In this document: positions 33,981-45,170 of the stretch, piece after piece
Layout: each line of letters starts with the position of its first letter
Numbering within the stretch: the first letter of the stretch is position 1
Assembly (NCBI GenBank): GCA_020718225.1
Contig: DYSO01000002.1
Span: 5,361 to 69,360 of the forward strand
Length of the DNA: 64,000 nucleotides
From: Draconibacterium orientale
Lineage (GTDB): Bacteria > Bacteroidota > Bacteroidia > Bacteroidales > FEN-979
Reading direction: 5' to 3'
Program-made: the position numbers and the translations under genes
The notes under the pieces: generated by a model
Database searches by the model: none
The model's input: only the letters and a program-made list of their open reading frames with translations
Told to the model about the DNA's origin: nothing

Positions 33981-36416
33981 GTGAAACACATCGCCCTTCT
34001 GCTTCTTTTACCGCTTGCACTTATTTCGATGGAAAGCAGCGCCCAGCAACCCGTTGCAACGGTGACCGGGAACGTCTTTGTGTCGGGGACAAACCTCCCG
34101 CAGCAGTATGTAAACATTGCTATAAAAGGCACCAGCTCGGGGACAACAACCCTGCAGAACGGACACTATGAATTAACCGTCCCGGCAAATAAGGTAATTA
34201 CACTTTTATATTCTTTTATAGGATATGAAACAGATTCGCTGTCCATACAACTGATGCCTGACGAACGTCGTGAAATCAACCTTACCCTGAAAGCCGTTTC
34301 CACCCAACTGGAATCCATTGAGGTGAGAGACCAGCAGGTACGTACCAACTCGTTCAGCCGTCTCGACCCGAAAGTGATGACGTTTATACCGACCATCAAC
34401 GCAAGCGTGGAAGATCTCATTAAAACCCTTCCCGGTGTGGTTTCACGTAATGAACTCAGTTCACAGTATTCTGTCAGGGGAGGAAATTATGATGAAAATT
34501 TAGTCTTTGTCAACGACATCGAAATTTACCGCCCATTTCTGGTCAGGTCCGGCCAACAGGAAGGCCAGAGTTTCCTGAACCCCGATCTGGTATCGGGAAT
34601 ATCTTTCTCTGCCGGTGGGTTCGATGCCAAATATGGGGATAAAATGTCGTCGGTACTTGACATCCGGTACAAAAAACCAACCTCGTTTGCCGGTTCTTTC
34701 GACATCAGTCTTCTTGGCGCATCTGCCCATGTGGAGGGCCGTTTTGCAAAAAAGTTTTCGTACCTGCTCGGAGCAAGGTATAAAACAAATTCATATCTGT
34801 TAAAATCACTGGATACCAAAGGAAATTACAAACCCAGGTTTTTCGATATCCAGGGAATGATCAATTATGATATCAATAAAAAATGGGAACTCTCCCTTTT
34901 CGGGGCCTATGTCGATAACTCCTATAAATTAATCCCCGAAACCCGGGAGACCAGCTTTGGCACCCTCGATGAAGCATATAAAATCACCATCTACTTCGAT
35001 GGCCGGGAGGTTGATTCGTATCAGAATTGGCTTTCGGCCCTTACCCTGACCTGGAAACCAATACAAAACCTGCGCCTCAAACTGATCTCTTCCGCCTATC
35101 AGACTTATGAAGCTGAAACCTATGATATTTCAGGCGAATACTGGCTGGGAAAACTTGAGATTTTTCAGAATAGCGCTGAAGCCGGCCAGGTAACCGAAAT
35201 TATGGGAGTAGGGGCTTACCTGCAACATGCCCGGAACTATCTCGACGGAACGGTATTCAATATGGAACAACGCGGCTGGTGGGAGAAAAACAACATCAAC
35301 CTGCAATGGGGCGTAAAGTATCAACATGAGTTTTTCAAATATATTGTCAACGAATGGGAGTTGCAGGATTCATCGGGATATTCCCTCCCCAGGCCCGATG
35401 ATTCACTTGGATCGCCCAACCCGCCACACGAAGAGCTCTACCTCTACCATGTGATCCGGAACAACAATACCATCAATACCAACCGGTATTCGGCGTTTAT
35501 TCAAAATACCTGGGTTTTTAAAAATCGACACAACGATATTTCGCTTACAGCCGGATTAAGGGGTATTTATTACGATTACAACAACCAGGTATCACTGAAC
35601 CCAAGGGTGTCTGTTTCCTTTAAGCCTCACTGGAAGCGGGATATGGTATTCAGGCTTTCGTCGGGATACTATTCACAACCGCCCACCTTCAGGGAAATGA
35701 CCGATCTGGAAGGGACCATTGTTAATAACCTGAAAGCACAAACAGCCATTCATGTGGTTGCCGGAAGCGATCTCTATTTTAAAGCCTGGGGGCGGCCTTT
35801 CAAATTCGTGACGGAACTCTACTATAAATACATCCAAAACCTGATCCCTTACGAAATCGATAACATGAAGATCCGTTACTACGGAACAAACGATGCACAC
35901 GGATATGCCACAGGGATCGATTTCCGTATCAACGGGGAATTTGTGAAAGGGGCAGAATCGTGGGCCAGCCTTTCGATCATGAAAACGGAAGAATACTTTC
36001 AGGGCGCCTGGATCCCCCGCCCTACCGATCAACGGTTGAGCCTGGCGATTTTTTTTCAGGATTACATCCCCAAATTTCCAACCTGGAAAATGAACCTTAC
36101 CCTGGTTTATGGTACCGGTATCCCTTTCGGGCCACCCGATTCACCACGTCAAGACCAAACCCTGCGCATTCCGCCATACCGGCGTATCGATATTGGCCTG
36201 TCAAAACAAATAATCGGGGAAAATACCCGGTTTTCACCCAAAAACCCATTGCGGGCATTCAACTCCATGTGGATCACACTCGAAATTTTCAATCTTCTCC
36301 AGATCAACAATACCATCTCATACCTCTGGGTAACTGACATCACAGGAAAAGAATATGCCGTTCCCAATTATCTTACCCCGAGAATGTTCAACCTGAAACT
36401 GATAACCAATTTTTAA
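33981..36416 (+). CDS. TonB-dependent receptor with an N-terminal CarboxypepD_reg domain
   Basis: 811-aa ORF with a GTG start and a signal peptide. It has a CarboxypepD_reg-like segment (VTGNVFV through GHYELTV), a plug region (VRGGNYDENLVFVNDIEIY) and a C-terminal beta-barrel ending in NLKLITNF with an aromatic terminus. Confidence 0.8.
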   Translation: MKHIALLLLLPLALISMESSAQQPVATVTGNVFVSGTNLPQQYVNIAIKGTSSGTTTLQNGHYELTVPANKVITLLYSFIGYETDSLSIQLMPDERREINLTLKAVSTQLESIEVRDQQVRTNSFSRLDPKVMTFIPTINASVEDLIKTLPGVVSRNELSSQYSVRGGNYDENLVFVNDIEIYRPFLVRSGQQEGQSFLNPDLVSGISFSAGGFDAKYGDKMSSVLDIRYKKPTSFAGSFDISLLGASAHVEGRFAKKFSYLLGARYKTNSYLLKSLDTKGNYKPRFFDIQGMINYDINKKWELSLFGAYVDNSYKLIPETRETSFGTLDEAYKITIYFDGREVDSYQNWLSALTLTWKPIQNLRLKLISSAYQTYEAETYDISGEYWLGKLEIFQNSAEAGQVTEIMGVGAYLQHARNYLDGTVFNMEQRGWWEKNNINLQWGVKYQHEFFKYIVNEWELQDSSGYSLPRPDDSLGSPNPPHEELYLYHVIRNNNTINTNRYSAFIQNTWVFKNRHNDISLTAGLRGIYYDYNNQVSLNPRVSVSFKPHWKRDMVFRLSSGYYSQPPTFREMTDLEGTIVNNLKAQTAIHVVAGSDLYFKAWGRPFKFVTELYYKYIQNLIPYEIDNMKIRYYGTNDAHGYATGIDFRINGEFVKGAESWASLSIMKTEEYFQGAWIPRPTDQRLSLAIFFQDYIPKFPTWKMNLTLVYGTGIPFGPPDSPRQDQTLRIPPYRRIDIGLSKQIIGENTRFSPKNPLRAFNSMWITLEIFNLLQINNTISYLWVTDITGKEYAVPNYLTPRMFNLKLITNF

Positions 36417-38152
36417 TGTGGCTCTTTCACCTTGAACCTGTCGCCGGTATTTTCTATCATCTTCCGTTCCCACTCCTTCCCATATCCCGGTTGCATGATT
36501 TTTTTCGGAACACCGCGGTCATTGCCATTATCCAATAGCTGACGATCAACAGATAACTTGATGTTGCCATCCATATATTTCATGAAAAGATAATGATAGA
36601 AGTCCGACCATTTAGAGACAAGCAGATCTCCGCTATATACTGAATAATCGGTAATATAGTTCAGGCAGGCCTTAGGGTCCTCTTTATATAGTATTCCGGC
36701 ACGGTAATCAACAATCTCCGTTTCCCTGATAAAGCGTGACTCCAGTTCTTCCTGATATTTCTGAATTTCAGGATGTATCACATTATACCGTGAATATGCC
36801 CAGTTGTTGACTTGATTAAAAGTCCAGAATGCCGAATGGTCCGACCAGCGGACCATAGCGCCATTACCAATGGCATAACTATGAGGCACGGAGCGGATCC
36901 CGCAATACATCGGAGCATAAACACAACCATCGGAATCATCCACGCCAAACCAGAAAATGCCACCCAGGGGATCGGGCAGCCATGATCTTGATTGTGCCAC
37001 AAAACTATAGCCGGTTTGCTGTGTCGCAATGGCCCGTTCGTTGCAATACAGTACGCTGTCGATGGTAAATTCCAGGGGGCGCCAGCGGTAAGGGTTCTGA
37101 AAAGGGCCAGCCCCAAAATCGTATCGCATGTCAAGTGGTGTATCTTCAAAATGGTCACGCATCCCGTGCATTACATCCTGCAAGGATACCGGTACATCGG
37201 GTTTAACCCAGAGTGGTAACCGATTGGAAACAAAGTGGTTCGGGTTTGGGGAATGGTCCTGAAAATGAGCCCCTTTCAGGATAATGCCCGCTGCATATTC
37301 GTTATAAACGGCATTATCGCGCAGCTCCCGGTTGATCTTTCTGAAAAACGACCAAACCCGGGCATCACAAAAGCGGGCCCCTCCGAAATTCAACGGATTA
37401 TAAACATCTGAAAAACTAAAGTCACCATCATCTCCGTTATAAAAACCATGCGCTTTGGCAAAGCTGATCACATCGGGCGAATGGTAGGTTGTTTGCTCCC
37501 TGTCGCTCCAGTTGTTGTTTTTCTGAAACGGGAATGTAGTAATCCTCGACTGATTGGCATGACCGCTCACATATCCGTCCGGGACCATTCGGGCTACCCA
37601 AACGGCTCCCATTTCATATTTCCCTTTTCCGATAATTTCCATGATCCAAGCTTCATTGGCATCGGATATGGAAAATGATTCACCGGCAGAGGCATACCCA
37701 TATTTTTCGACCAGTTCCGTGATGATACGTATCATCTCCCGGGCCGTTTTTGAACGTTGCAAACCGATTTTCATCAAAGAACCGTAATCAAGGAAGGCTC
37801 CGGGCTGACGTCCCAATGAGTCGAGCCCCCCGAACGTTGTTTCCCCGATGGCTACCTGGTTTTCGTTCATAAACTGCACCACCGAATAGGTATGGGGAAC
37901 TTCGGGAATCTGGCCTAAAAACTTCCCGCTTTCATAGTGTACGATATCGCACATATCACCCGGTTTATGGTCGGATGCAGGATAAAAGGCAATGGCCCCA
38001 TACCGGGTATGCGAATCGGCGGCATAGGTTATCATCACCGATCCATCTTTGCTGGCACCTTTGGTCACAATAAGGTTGGTACATGCAACAGCAGGTTGGT
38101 AAAGGAATCCAACAGCTATTATAAAAGCAGATGCAGCGAGCGCTTTTTTCAT
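36413..38152 (-). CDS. C69 family dipeptidase
   Basis: 579-aa ORF with a signal peptide followed by the N-terminal nucleophile motif ACTNLIVTKGASKDGSVMITY, which is typical of peptidase C69. Confidence 0.85.
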   Translation of the reverse strand: MKKALAASAFIIAVGFLYQPAVACTNLIVTKGASKDGSVMITYAADSHTRYGAIAFYPASDHKPGDMCDIVHYESGKFLGQIPEVPHTYSVVQFMNENQVAIGETTFGGLDSLGRQPGAFLDYGSLMKIGLQRSKTAREMIRIITELVEKYGYASAGESFSISDANEAWIMEIIGKGKYEMGAVWVARMVPDGYVSGHANQSRITTFPFQKNNNWSDREQTTYHSPDVISFAKAHGFYNGDDGDFSFSDVYNPLNFGGARFCDARVWSFFRKINRELRDNAVYNEYAAGIILKGAHFQDHSPNPNHFVSNRLPLWVKPDVPVSLQDVMHGMRDHFEDTPLDMRYDFGAGPFQNPYRWRPLEFTIDSVLYCNERAIATQQTGYSFVAQSRSWLPDPLGGIFWFGVDDSDGCVYAPMYCGIRSVPHSYAIGNGAMVRWSDHSAFWTFNQVNNWAYSRYNVIHPEIQKYQEELESRFIRETEIVDYRAGILYKEDPKACLNYITDYSVYSGDLLVSKWSDFYHYLFMKYMDGNIKLSVDRQLLDNGNDRGVPKKIMQPGYGKEWERKMIENTGDRFKVKEPH

Positions 38153-38154
38153 AA

Positions 38155-39378
38155 CTATGAAAGTTCAGCCAATGATTTTTTTATTATTTCAACGGCTTCA
38201 TGAATCTGTTCTTCATTGATAACCAAGGGTGGCGCAAACCGGATAATATGATCGTGGGTGGGTTTGGCAAGCAATCCGTTGTCGCGCATTTTAAGGCAGA
38301 CATCCCAGGCTGTTTTTCCGTTGAAAGGTTTGATCACAACAGCATTCAGAAGTCCTTTACCACGTACGAGTTCAATATAAGGAGAATGGATTTTACGGAG
38401 TTCGTCCCGGAAGATGATTCCCATTTTCTCGGCATTCTCCGCCAGTTTTTCATCACGGATCACTTCAAGTGCAGCAATGGCTACTTTTGCAGCGATGGGA
38501 TTGCCGCCAAAAGTGGAACCATGTTCCCCCGGATGGATGGTCAGCATAATCTCGTCATCTGCCAGTACGACAGATATGGGATAAACACCACCGGAAAGGG
38601 CCTTTCCAAGGATGAGCACATCCGGACGGACATCTTCCCAGTCGCAGGCCAGAAGTTTCCCTGTCCGGGCAATACCGGTTTGAACCTCATCGGCGATAAA
38701 CAGTACATTTTTTGCCTTACAAAGCGCATACGCTTTTTTCAGATATCCTTCATCCGGGACAAACACACCCGCTTCACCTTGTATGGGTTCTACCAGAAAA
38801 CCTGCCACTGTCGGATCGTCCAATGCTTTTTCAAGGGCATTCAGATCGTTGTAAGGAATGGGAACAAAGCCGGGGGTAAAAGGCCCGAAATCCTTACGTG
38901 CATCCGGGTCGCTCGACATAGAGATCACCGTAATGGTACGCCCGTGAAAATTATTGAGGCAGCAAATGATTTTTGCCTGATTTTCGGGGACCCCCTTTAC
39001 TTTATATGCCCATTTCCGGGTGAGTTTCAACGCTGTCTCATCCCCTTCTGCCCCTGAATTCATTGGCAAGACCCGCTGGTAACCGAAATATTCGGTTATA
39101 AATTTTTCGTACACCCCTAACACATTGTTGTAAAATGCCCGTGAAGTAAGTTCCAGCGTCTGGGCCTGTTCAACCAGGGCATTTACGATCCGTGGATGAC
39201 AATGTCCCTGGTTTACCGCAGAATATGCAGATAAAAAATCATAATAACGCTTTCCTTCAACGTCCCACATGAAAACGCCTTTCCCTTTGGCAAGGACTAC
39301 CGGAAGCGGATGATAATTATGGGCCCCGAACTTATCTTCAAGTTCCATGGCCATTTGTGATGTTTTTACTTCAATCAT
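38155..39378 (-). CDS. rocD: Ornithine--oxo-acid aminotransferase
   Basis: 407-aa ORF with [59 protein letters not shown] and the PLP-Lys region LGKALSGG. Confidence 0.88.
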   Translation of the reverse strand: MIEVKTSQMAMELEDKFGAHNYHPLPVVLAKGKGVFMWDVEGKRYYDFLSAYSAVNQGHCHPRIVNALVEQAQTLELTSRAFYNNVLGVYEKFITEYFGYQRVLPMNSGAEGDETALKLTRKWAYKVKGVPENQAKIICCLNNFHGRTITVISMSSDPDARKDFGPFTPGFVPIPYNDLNALEKALDDPTVAGFLVEPIQGEAGVFVPDEGYLKKAYALCKAKNVLFIADEVQTGIARTGKLLACDWEDVRPDVLILGKALSGGVYPISVVLADDEIMLTIHPGEHGSTFGGNPIAAKVAIAALEVIRDEKLAENAEKMGIIFRDELRKIHSPYIELVRGKGLLNAVVIKPFNGKTAWDVCLKMRDNGLLAKPTHDHIIRFAPPLVINEEQIHEAVEIIKKSLAELS

Positions 39379-39407
39379 AATCCATTTGGTTTAAAAAAGT
39401 TCTGAAA

Positions 39408-40379
39408 TCAATGACGGATGATGAAAGATCCGGTTCCCAAAGTCTGTCCGGAACCCATCAGCCGGTAATAAAAAACTCCTGAAGAAAGTGAATTCACGCT
39501 GAAACGCCCGGTGGTTTCAACCATGGGGTGTTGTGCAACCAAACGCCCCTGTGCATCAAAAATATCCAAACGTCCCTCTTTCACTGCTTTTTTCATGGAT
39601 ACATGGATGAACCCGGAAGCAGGATTGGGGCTTATGGCAAGCGTTGTTTCCTGTGGAATCAGGTCGTTGACGGCATAGGGCGGCAATCCGGTAAGCGTAA
39701 CATCATCAAACAATGCCTGGGAGCCAACCTGTCCGACAGAGCCAAACATATTGGAAGCATTATATCCCCCACATGACAATAAAAGGATGGTTATGGAGTC
39801 GGGCATCACCGTATTGTTTCGGTAGGCAACTTCTGCATCAAACAAAGTCCAGTCGGTGACAGTCCCGTGAAAAATCAATTTGTTGTAAGCAATGGTATCT
39901 CTTTTCGAAGTCGCTGTGTTCCATTTCGACAACAATAAAATGGCCCCGGTCGAATCGCCGTTCACCGGGTACGATTTGTAATAACCCTGAAACCGCAGTG
40001 GTTTAACGGTCCACAGATAAGGTTCCCCTAAAATGGCAGAATTTCTGGCCCAGTTAATTTTAATATTCCCGATGACCCCCGGGATGAGGATAGACATTAC
40101 ATCGATCCTGCGCGTAATACAACGCGCCGAGTAAGAACCGGCATGGGCGGTATCACATCGATAGACGGTAATTCCCGGAGGCGTGGGGATCGTATCCAGA
40201 ATATTTATGGTATGGAAGAACCCGCCGGTTGGTTCATAAAATGGTTGCGACGGGGGCACCGGGGTGTAAAGGCTCCATCCCTCGAAATCACCATTGGGAA
40301 GAATAAGCTGGGCCTGACTGATCGCATTGAACCCAAGCAAAAACAGAACGAAGGGCAACATTACTTTTTTCATATACAT
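39408..40379 (-). CDS. Secreted protein with a T9SS C-terminal sorting domain. The N-terminal part resembles PCMD-type (putative carbohydrate metabolism) domains.
   Basis: 323-aa ORF with a signal peptide, LPNGDFEGWS near the N-terminus, and a C-terminal tail ISPNPASGFIHV through GVFYYRLMGSGQTLGTGSFIIRH. Confidence 0.6.
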   Translation of the reverse strand: MYMKKVMLPFVLFLLGFNAISQAQLILPNGDFEGWSLYTPVPPSQPFYEPTGGFFHTINILDTIPTPPGITVYRCDTAHAGSYSARCITRRIDVMSILIPGVIGNIKINWARNSAILGEPYLWTVKPLRFQGYYKSYPVNGDSTGAILLLSKWNTATSKRDTIAYNKLIFHGTVTDWTLFDAEVAYRNNTVMPDSITILLLSCGGYNASNMFGSVGQVGSQALFDDVTLTGLPPYAVNDLIPQETTLAISPNPASGFIHVSMKKAVKEGRLDIFDAQGRLVAQHPMVETTGRFSVNSLSSGVFYYRLMGSGQTLGTGSFIIRH

Positions 40380-40399
40380 TTGATTTTATGGTTAATTTT

Positions 40400-42820
40400 T
40401 TAAATGTTCACAACTACCTGCACAGAGGTGGTGCGTGGCGCTTCAATGGTAATTGGCCTGAGCGAATACTCTGTGTTCATAAGGTTATTGACAAGCAGGG
40501 AAACTTTAAAAATGCCAAAAGCATATCCGACCCGGAAGTCGAGGATAAAATTCCCATCGTGGTGCGCCTCCCGGTATTTAACAATCCCCGAATGCATTGC
40601 CTTTGGGGTATCGAGCTGGTACAGAAAAATATCGATATTACGCATATAGCCATAATATCTTCCGGAAAATCCGGCCGAAAAGCGTTTCTTATAGGTAAAC
40701 TGGACATCCGATTTTACCAGGTACTGTAAACGGTATTTAAGGATGTTGTTTGTGGTATCGGTTGAAGTATTCGCATAAGAATAATAACGTGTTTTCTGGG
40801 TAGAGGTTTCAAAATTTTCATAATAGACCTCATCCGGGTTTAATGCCTGGGGTACCGTATAGGTATATCCCATCAACAATGAAAGTTCGAGGTTCCTGGT
40901 GAGTTTCCCTTCTCCTGCAATGGTAAAGTCGGCCCCATAAATCCGTGCCGGCCCTGTATTGAGAAATTTAAAACCAAGACTTTTATTGATTTCGCCATGG
41001 CCCCATATCCCGAAATTGAATTCCACATAGTTCCAATAGTCTTCATAAAACCCTGCCAAATCAATCATCCCGGCAAATTTTCCAACTTTGAAAAGTTGTT
41101 TGACTCCCAGTTCGTACGAATTGCATGTTTCTGACTGCAATGTCGGGTTGGGATAAAAGCCAAACCCTCCTGAATTGGTTGTAATATACCGTTCACCAAT
41201 GCTGGGGGCGCGGTATCCCTGACCTGCAGAAGCGCGGATATAAGTTCCTTTCGAGGCCTGGAAATTCAATCCGGCCCTGAATATCGGTTTGCCCTCAGTC
41301 AGGTCAGCAATGTTATAATATTCGTACCTGGCGCCGGCTTCTATGGTGAGCCGTTTAAAGAACTTCTTGGAGAGCTGAAGGTAAACGCTGAAGTTTTCAG
41401 AATTATAGGTCGCCGACTGATTGGCTGTGGTCGTTCCATCGGGTGCAAGAATACCGCTGAAAACCTGTCCCTCAGAATGAGAATACACATTCATGACCCC
41501 GACAACAAGCGTGAGGCCACCAAAATTTTCAAACCTGCGATTGTATTTAAGCTCATTGAACAATGTTGTATACCGGTTCGACTGGTTGTTGTTGGCATTG
41601 GTATTACCGTAATACACCCTGTTCTTAAAATTGAATTGATTGCCTTTTTTATCGAAATATTTAATATAGGGATCCGCATAAAAACTGAACACTTTAAAAT
41701 GGGATAAGGCGCCTGGATAGGAGCGATAGATATTGGTATCGGCATCATACCAAAAATAGGTCTCCGCGCTTTCGTTGTACATGAAATTGCCATTCAGTCC
41801 ATACGTAAGCCCTTTGACTTTCTTGTTTCGTACGCGGGTATTGAAATAGACTTTGGCGCGCTTGATAAACTCCCCACTATTAAACGCCGTATCGGAAGCA
41901 ACTTCCGGAACGCCGCGGATATACCCCTGATCGTCATAATAACTGGCCCCGACTCCCAGGTCAATGTTGTCGAACTGCTGAAGATGGGATATCGATATTC
42001 CATATTGAATGGGGTTAAAGCCAGACCACGGGGAGGCAAATTTTCGGGAAGGCTTACTATAAATGCCAAAAAAAGAGTTGATTTTTGTTTCAGGTAAAGC
42101 TTTTGGGTAAACGGTCCGGATATTGATAACACCCGTGATGGCTGAAGAACCGTAAACCACTGACGAAGCGCCTTTTACAAGTTCAATCTGTTCTACATCT
42201 TCGATTGGCAGAAACCCCCAGTCGGGCCTTCCTGCATCACCCCTGAGCATGGGGATCTCATCCACCATTACCATGACCCTGCTTCCAAGGCCGGAACTAA
42301 ATCCGCTGCCTCCACGTATCTGAGGTTCATTATCAATGATGGCAATCCCGGGTAATTTATCAATGGCCTTGTCCACACTGGCGGGGTTGGATACATGGAT
42401 GGAGTTTGCTTTCAACACTTCGATGGTGGCTATGGATTCCTCAACTTTCTGGTCATAACGGGAACCGGAAACCACCACTGTACTGAGCTCCTGAACTGTA
42501 GGCTGAATCAGGATATCAAGAGTCATCTCCTTTTTCGTTCCGGAAATATTAACCAATTGTTCAAGCTTTTCATATCCGATGCATGAAATAACAATCACAT
42601 GATCCCCTTTATCCAAATCCATCTTATAATAACCGTTTTCGTCGGTGAATGTAACGCTCGATTTTCCTTTAATACTGATATTGGCAAAAGGGACCGCATC
42701 TGAGTTTGAAGCATCGATCAACCTCCCTTTTACAACAGTAAGGTTCTGGGCCATCAGGTCTGTATCAGGAAGGAATATGAACGTGATTGAAAAAAGAACA
42801 AGAAGTATAAATTGCTTCAT
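40400..42820 (-). CDS. TonB-dependent receptor with an N-terminal CarboxypepD_reg domain
   Basis: 806-aa ORF with a signal peptide, VKGRLIDASNSDAVPFANISIKG, the plug motif IRGGSGFSSGLGSRVMVMVDEIPM, and a barrel ending in VQVVVNI. Confidence 0.8.
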   Translation of the reverse strand: MKQFILLVLFSITFIFLPDTDLMAQNLTVVKGRLIDASNSDAVPFANISIKGKSSVTFTDENGYYKMDLDKGDHVIVISCIGYEKLEQLVNISGTKKEMTLDILIQPTVQELSTVVVSGSRYDQKVEESIATIEVLKANSIHVSNPASVDKAIDKLPGIAIIDNEPQIRGGSGFSSGLGSRVMVMVDEIPMLRGDAGRPDWGFLPIEDVEQIELVKGASSVVYGSSAITGVINIRTVYPKALPETKINSFFGIYSKPSRKFASPWSGFNPIQYGISISHLQQFDNIDLGVGASYYDDQGYIRGVPEVASDTAFNSGEFIKRAKVYFNTRVRNKKVKGLTYGLNGNFMYNESAETYFWYDADTNIYRSYPGALSHFKVFSFYADPYIKYFDKKGNQFNFKNRVYYGNTNANNNQSNRYTTLFNELKYNRRFENFGGLTLVVGVMNVYSHSEGQVFSGILAPDGTTTANQSATYNSENFSVYLQLSKKFFKRLTIEAGARYEYYNIADLTEGKPIFRAGLNFQASKGTYIRASAGQGYRAPSIGERYITTNSGGFGFYPNPTLQSETCNSYELGVKQLFKVGKFAGMIDLAGFYEDYWNYVEFNFGIWGHGEINKSLGFKFLNTGPARIYGADFTIAGEGKLTRNLELSLLMGYTYTVPQALNPDEVYYENFETSTQKTRYYSYANTSTDTTNNILKYRLQYLVKSDVQFTYKKRFSAGFSGRYYGYMRNIDIFLYQLDTPKAMHSGIVKYREAHHDGNFILDFRVGYAFGIFKVSLLVNNLMNTEYSLRPITIEAPRTTSVQVVVNI

Positions 42821-42874
42821 CTGCTTTTTGGTTTACCTGTCAAAAGTATAAAAAATATTGGAACAATCGGGATA

Positions 42875-44806
42875 TTAACCGTAAACGGTTGCCCCGGGAT
42901 TGATTACCAACGATTTAAAATGGAGGGAGGGAGAGGGAATAAAAGAGCCTAATTGCAGAGAACCCCACTGCTGATCTATTTTTGAAATAGTCGTATCATC
43001 CATCACAATTACATTGGGCCAGTTGCGCGTAAAACCATCCAGCTCTCCGGTTTTTCGTGTACCATCCTGACAAAGAACAGCGTACCGCTTACCATCCCCC
43101 TTGTCAGGGTAAAAGCAATCGCGGACTGGATCCAGGTTGTTGGCAACCAGCCAAGTCACTTCCGAAAGAAGGGAAAGGTCGGTGGAGGCATCGGTAAAAA
43201 CCAGAAATTTGACATTTCGGATCCAATCATGCCGAAAAATATCAGCGGTAAGTTGTCGAACCTGGTCTTTCTTCGTTTTCCATATAGAAATGATAATCAA
43301 CGATATACCGTTTTCTAAAAAATCAGAACGAAGGGCGCTGATTTCGGGGAAGGCTCTTAAAATGCTCTCTTCATCCACCTCCGGTGAATTTGACATTTCA
43401 GGATCTGTTCTCTCCTCTGGCAATTTTAAAGTGGCGTCGATGCCTATTTTACTGCCGTAAGCGTAATGTGAACTTGAGTGGTCAAGAATGTCGGCCGGGC
43501 CGCGCAGGATATGAACATCCATCAGCGGATCCACCTGCTTGGATACAATCTGTGCCAATTGCCGGTAATTGTACAGGTCAACGCCCGCATCGAAAACCAC
43601 CATGGTTTTGTTAAACATCATTTGTCCGGCGCCCCATAATGAACCCATGATTTTGGCTGCCTGTCCGGGATACTTTTTATTAATGGAAACCAGCGTAAGG
43701 TTATGAAAAACACCCTCTACCGGCATATGCATATTTTCAATCTCCGGGGCTACGGTCATTTTCAGGGGCAACCTGAAAATACGTTCGGTTGCTTTTCCTA
43801 TCCAGCCATCTTCCTGAGGCGGGATTCCAACAATGGTTGCCGGGAAGATGGCATTTTTACGATGGGTGATGCAGGTAATGTGAAAGCGGGGAAAATAACC
43901 GGTCAATGAATAAAACCCGGTATGGTCGCCGAAAGGGCCTTCAAGGATGAAGTCCTCTGTCGGGTCAATATATCCTTCCAATACAAAGTCGACATCGGAA
44001 GGGACCTCCAGATCGTTTGTCAGACACCTCACCAAAGAGACCCTTTTATGTCGCAGAAATCCGGCAAAAATATACTCATCTAAGTTTTCGGGCAAAGGGG
44101 CAGTTGCCGCATAGGTATAAACCGGGTCGCCACCCAGGGTTACGGTGACGGGCATCCGTTGCCCTGATTTTTTGTATTTGTCGTAATGACCTGCTGAACC
44201 CTTATGGAGGTGCCAATGCATCCCGGTTAGTTCGGGTCCGAAAACCTGCATGCGGTACATCCCGAGGTTCCGTGTACCCGATTCCGGGTCCCTGGTATGT
44301 ACACAGGGCAACGTTATAAACGGGCCGCCATCAGAAGGCCAACAGGTTAAAACTGGCAATTTTGACAAATCGGGCTTATCCATCACAATTTCCTGGCATA
44401 CCCCCCGACCCCCGACCGATTTAGGCATCCATGAAGAGAGATCTTTTAAAACAGGTAAAATTCTTAATTTATCAAGAAAACCCTCCCTGGGGCCAGTAAT
44501 TTTATGAAAAAGGTGACCGATATTCTTTTCAATGTCGTCCAGATGATTAACTCCCAGCGCCATACAAATCCTGCGATCGGATGCAAAGGCATTGATAAGC
44601 AATGGGAATGCAGTGCCGTTGTTTTCGAACAACAGGGCTTTCCCTCCATGTTTTACCATCCGGTCGGCAATCTCAGTAATTTCAAGCCGGGGTGAAACAA
44701 AGGCTTTAACACGTAATAATTCGTCTTCCGATTCAAGAAGAGAAACAAAGTCGTGCAGGGATTTATATACCAAATTTCTTTTCACTGAATTTCGAAGGTT
44801 TCTCAT
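42875..44806 (-). CDS. UbiD family decarboxylase (menaquinone-biosynthesis-decarboxylase type)
   Basis: The N-terminus YKSLHDFVSLLESEDELLRVKAFVSPRLEITEIADR and the motifs GMYRMQV and GPFGDHTGFY indicate UbiD. The start is ambiguous (ATG at 44806 or 44863), and either choice overlaps the ccmE 3' end. Confidence 0.8.
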   Translation of the reverse strand: MRNLRNSVKRNLVYKSLHDFVSLLESEDELLRVKAFVSPRLEITEIADRMVKHGGKALLFENNGTAFPLLINAFASDRRICMALGVNHLDDIEKNIGHLFHKITGPREGFLDKLRILPVLKDLSSWMPKSVGGRGVCQEIVMDKPDLSKLPVLTCWPSDGGPFITLPCVHTRDPESGTRNLGMYRMQVFGPELTGMHWHLHKGSAGHYDKYKKSGQRMPVTVTLGGDPVYTYAATAPLPENLDEYIFAGFLRHKRVSLVRCLTNDLEVPSDVDFVLEGYIDPTEDFILEGPFGDHTGFYSLTGYFPRFHITCITHRKNAIFPATIVGIPPQEDGWIGKATERIFRLPLKMTVAPEIENMHMPVEGVFHNLTLVSINKKYPGQAAKIMGSLWGAGQMMFNKTMVVFDAGVDLYNYRQLAQIVSKQVDPLMDVHILRGPADILDHSSSHYAYGSKIGIDATLKLPEERTDPEMSNSPEVDEESILRAFPEISALRSDFLENGISLIIISIWKTKKDQVRQLTADIFRHDWIRNVKFLVFTDASTDLSLLSEVTWLVANNLDPVRDCFYPDKGDGKRYAVLCQDGTRKTGELDGFTRNWPNVIVMDDTTISKIDQQWGSLQLGSFIPSPSLHFKSLVINPGATVYG

Positions 44807-45170
44807 CTTTATATTTCGATGGACATTTAAGCAGCAAACTGGTCGCAACAAACTGGTCGCCATTCATCGAACCAATAACAACTACTTTTTCGGATTTTTC
44901 AAAATCCTGTGGCTTGGAATTATTGTAAACTACTTTTTTTTTATCTCCGTTTCCATCGACCATAAAAAATGAAAACTGGTTGGCGTTTTTCAGAACATCA
45001 TAATCGATGGGCTTTGAACGATCCAGTGTGCCAATAATGTGCAACTCCCTCCCCGGATTTTGAGCCGCCTCGGCAAATGTTGAATAGGTTCCCGAATCAG
45101 ACAGTGTTGTAACCACCACAGCGATGATCAGCGCCAATACAAGGATAATAATGATATGTATTACTTTCAT
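44763..45170 (-). CDS. ccmE: Cytochrome c maturation heme chaperone CcmE, CXXXY variant
   Basis: 135-aa ORF with an N-terminal TM anchor and an OB-fold-like body. The C-terminal LLLKCPSKYKDE occupies the place of the canonical H-x-x-x-Y heme-binding motif. Confidence 0.7.
   Translation of the reverse strand: MKVIHIIIILVLALIIAVVVTTLSDSGTYSTFAEAAQNPGRELHIIGTLDRSKPIDYDVLKNANQFSFFMVDGNGDKKKVVYNNSKPQDFEKSEKVVVIGSMNGDQFVATSLLLKCPSKYKDEKPSKFSEKKFGI

Noticed and set aside
38200-39057. Long ORFs antisense to or overlapping confident genes: 38200-39057, 6042-6551, 30673-31341, 53673-54338, 59684-60181, 61949-62584, 49581-50123 and 2296-2721.
   Set aside because: All lie inside well-supported CDSs on the opposite strand or in another frame. 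They lack motifs and have odd composition, as is typical of shadow ORFs.
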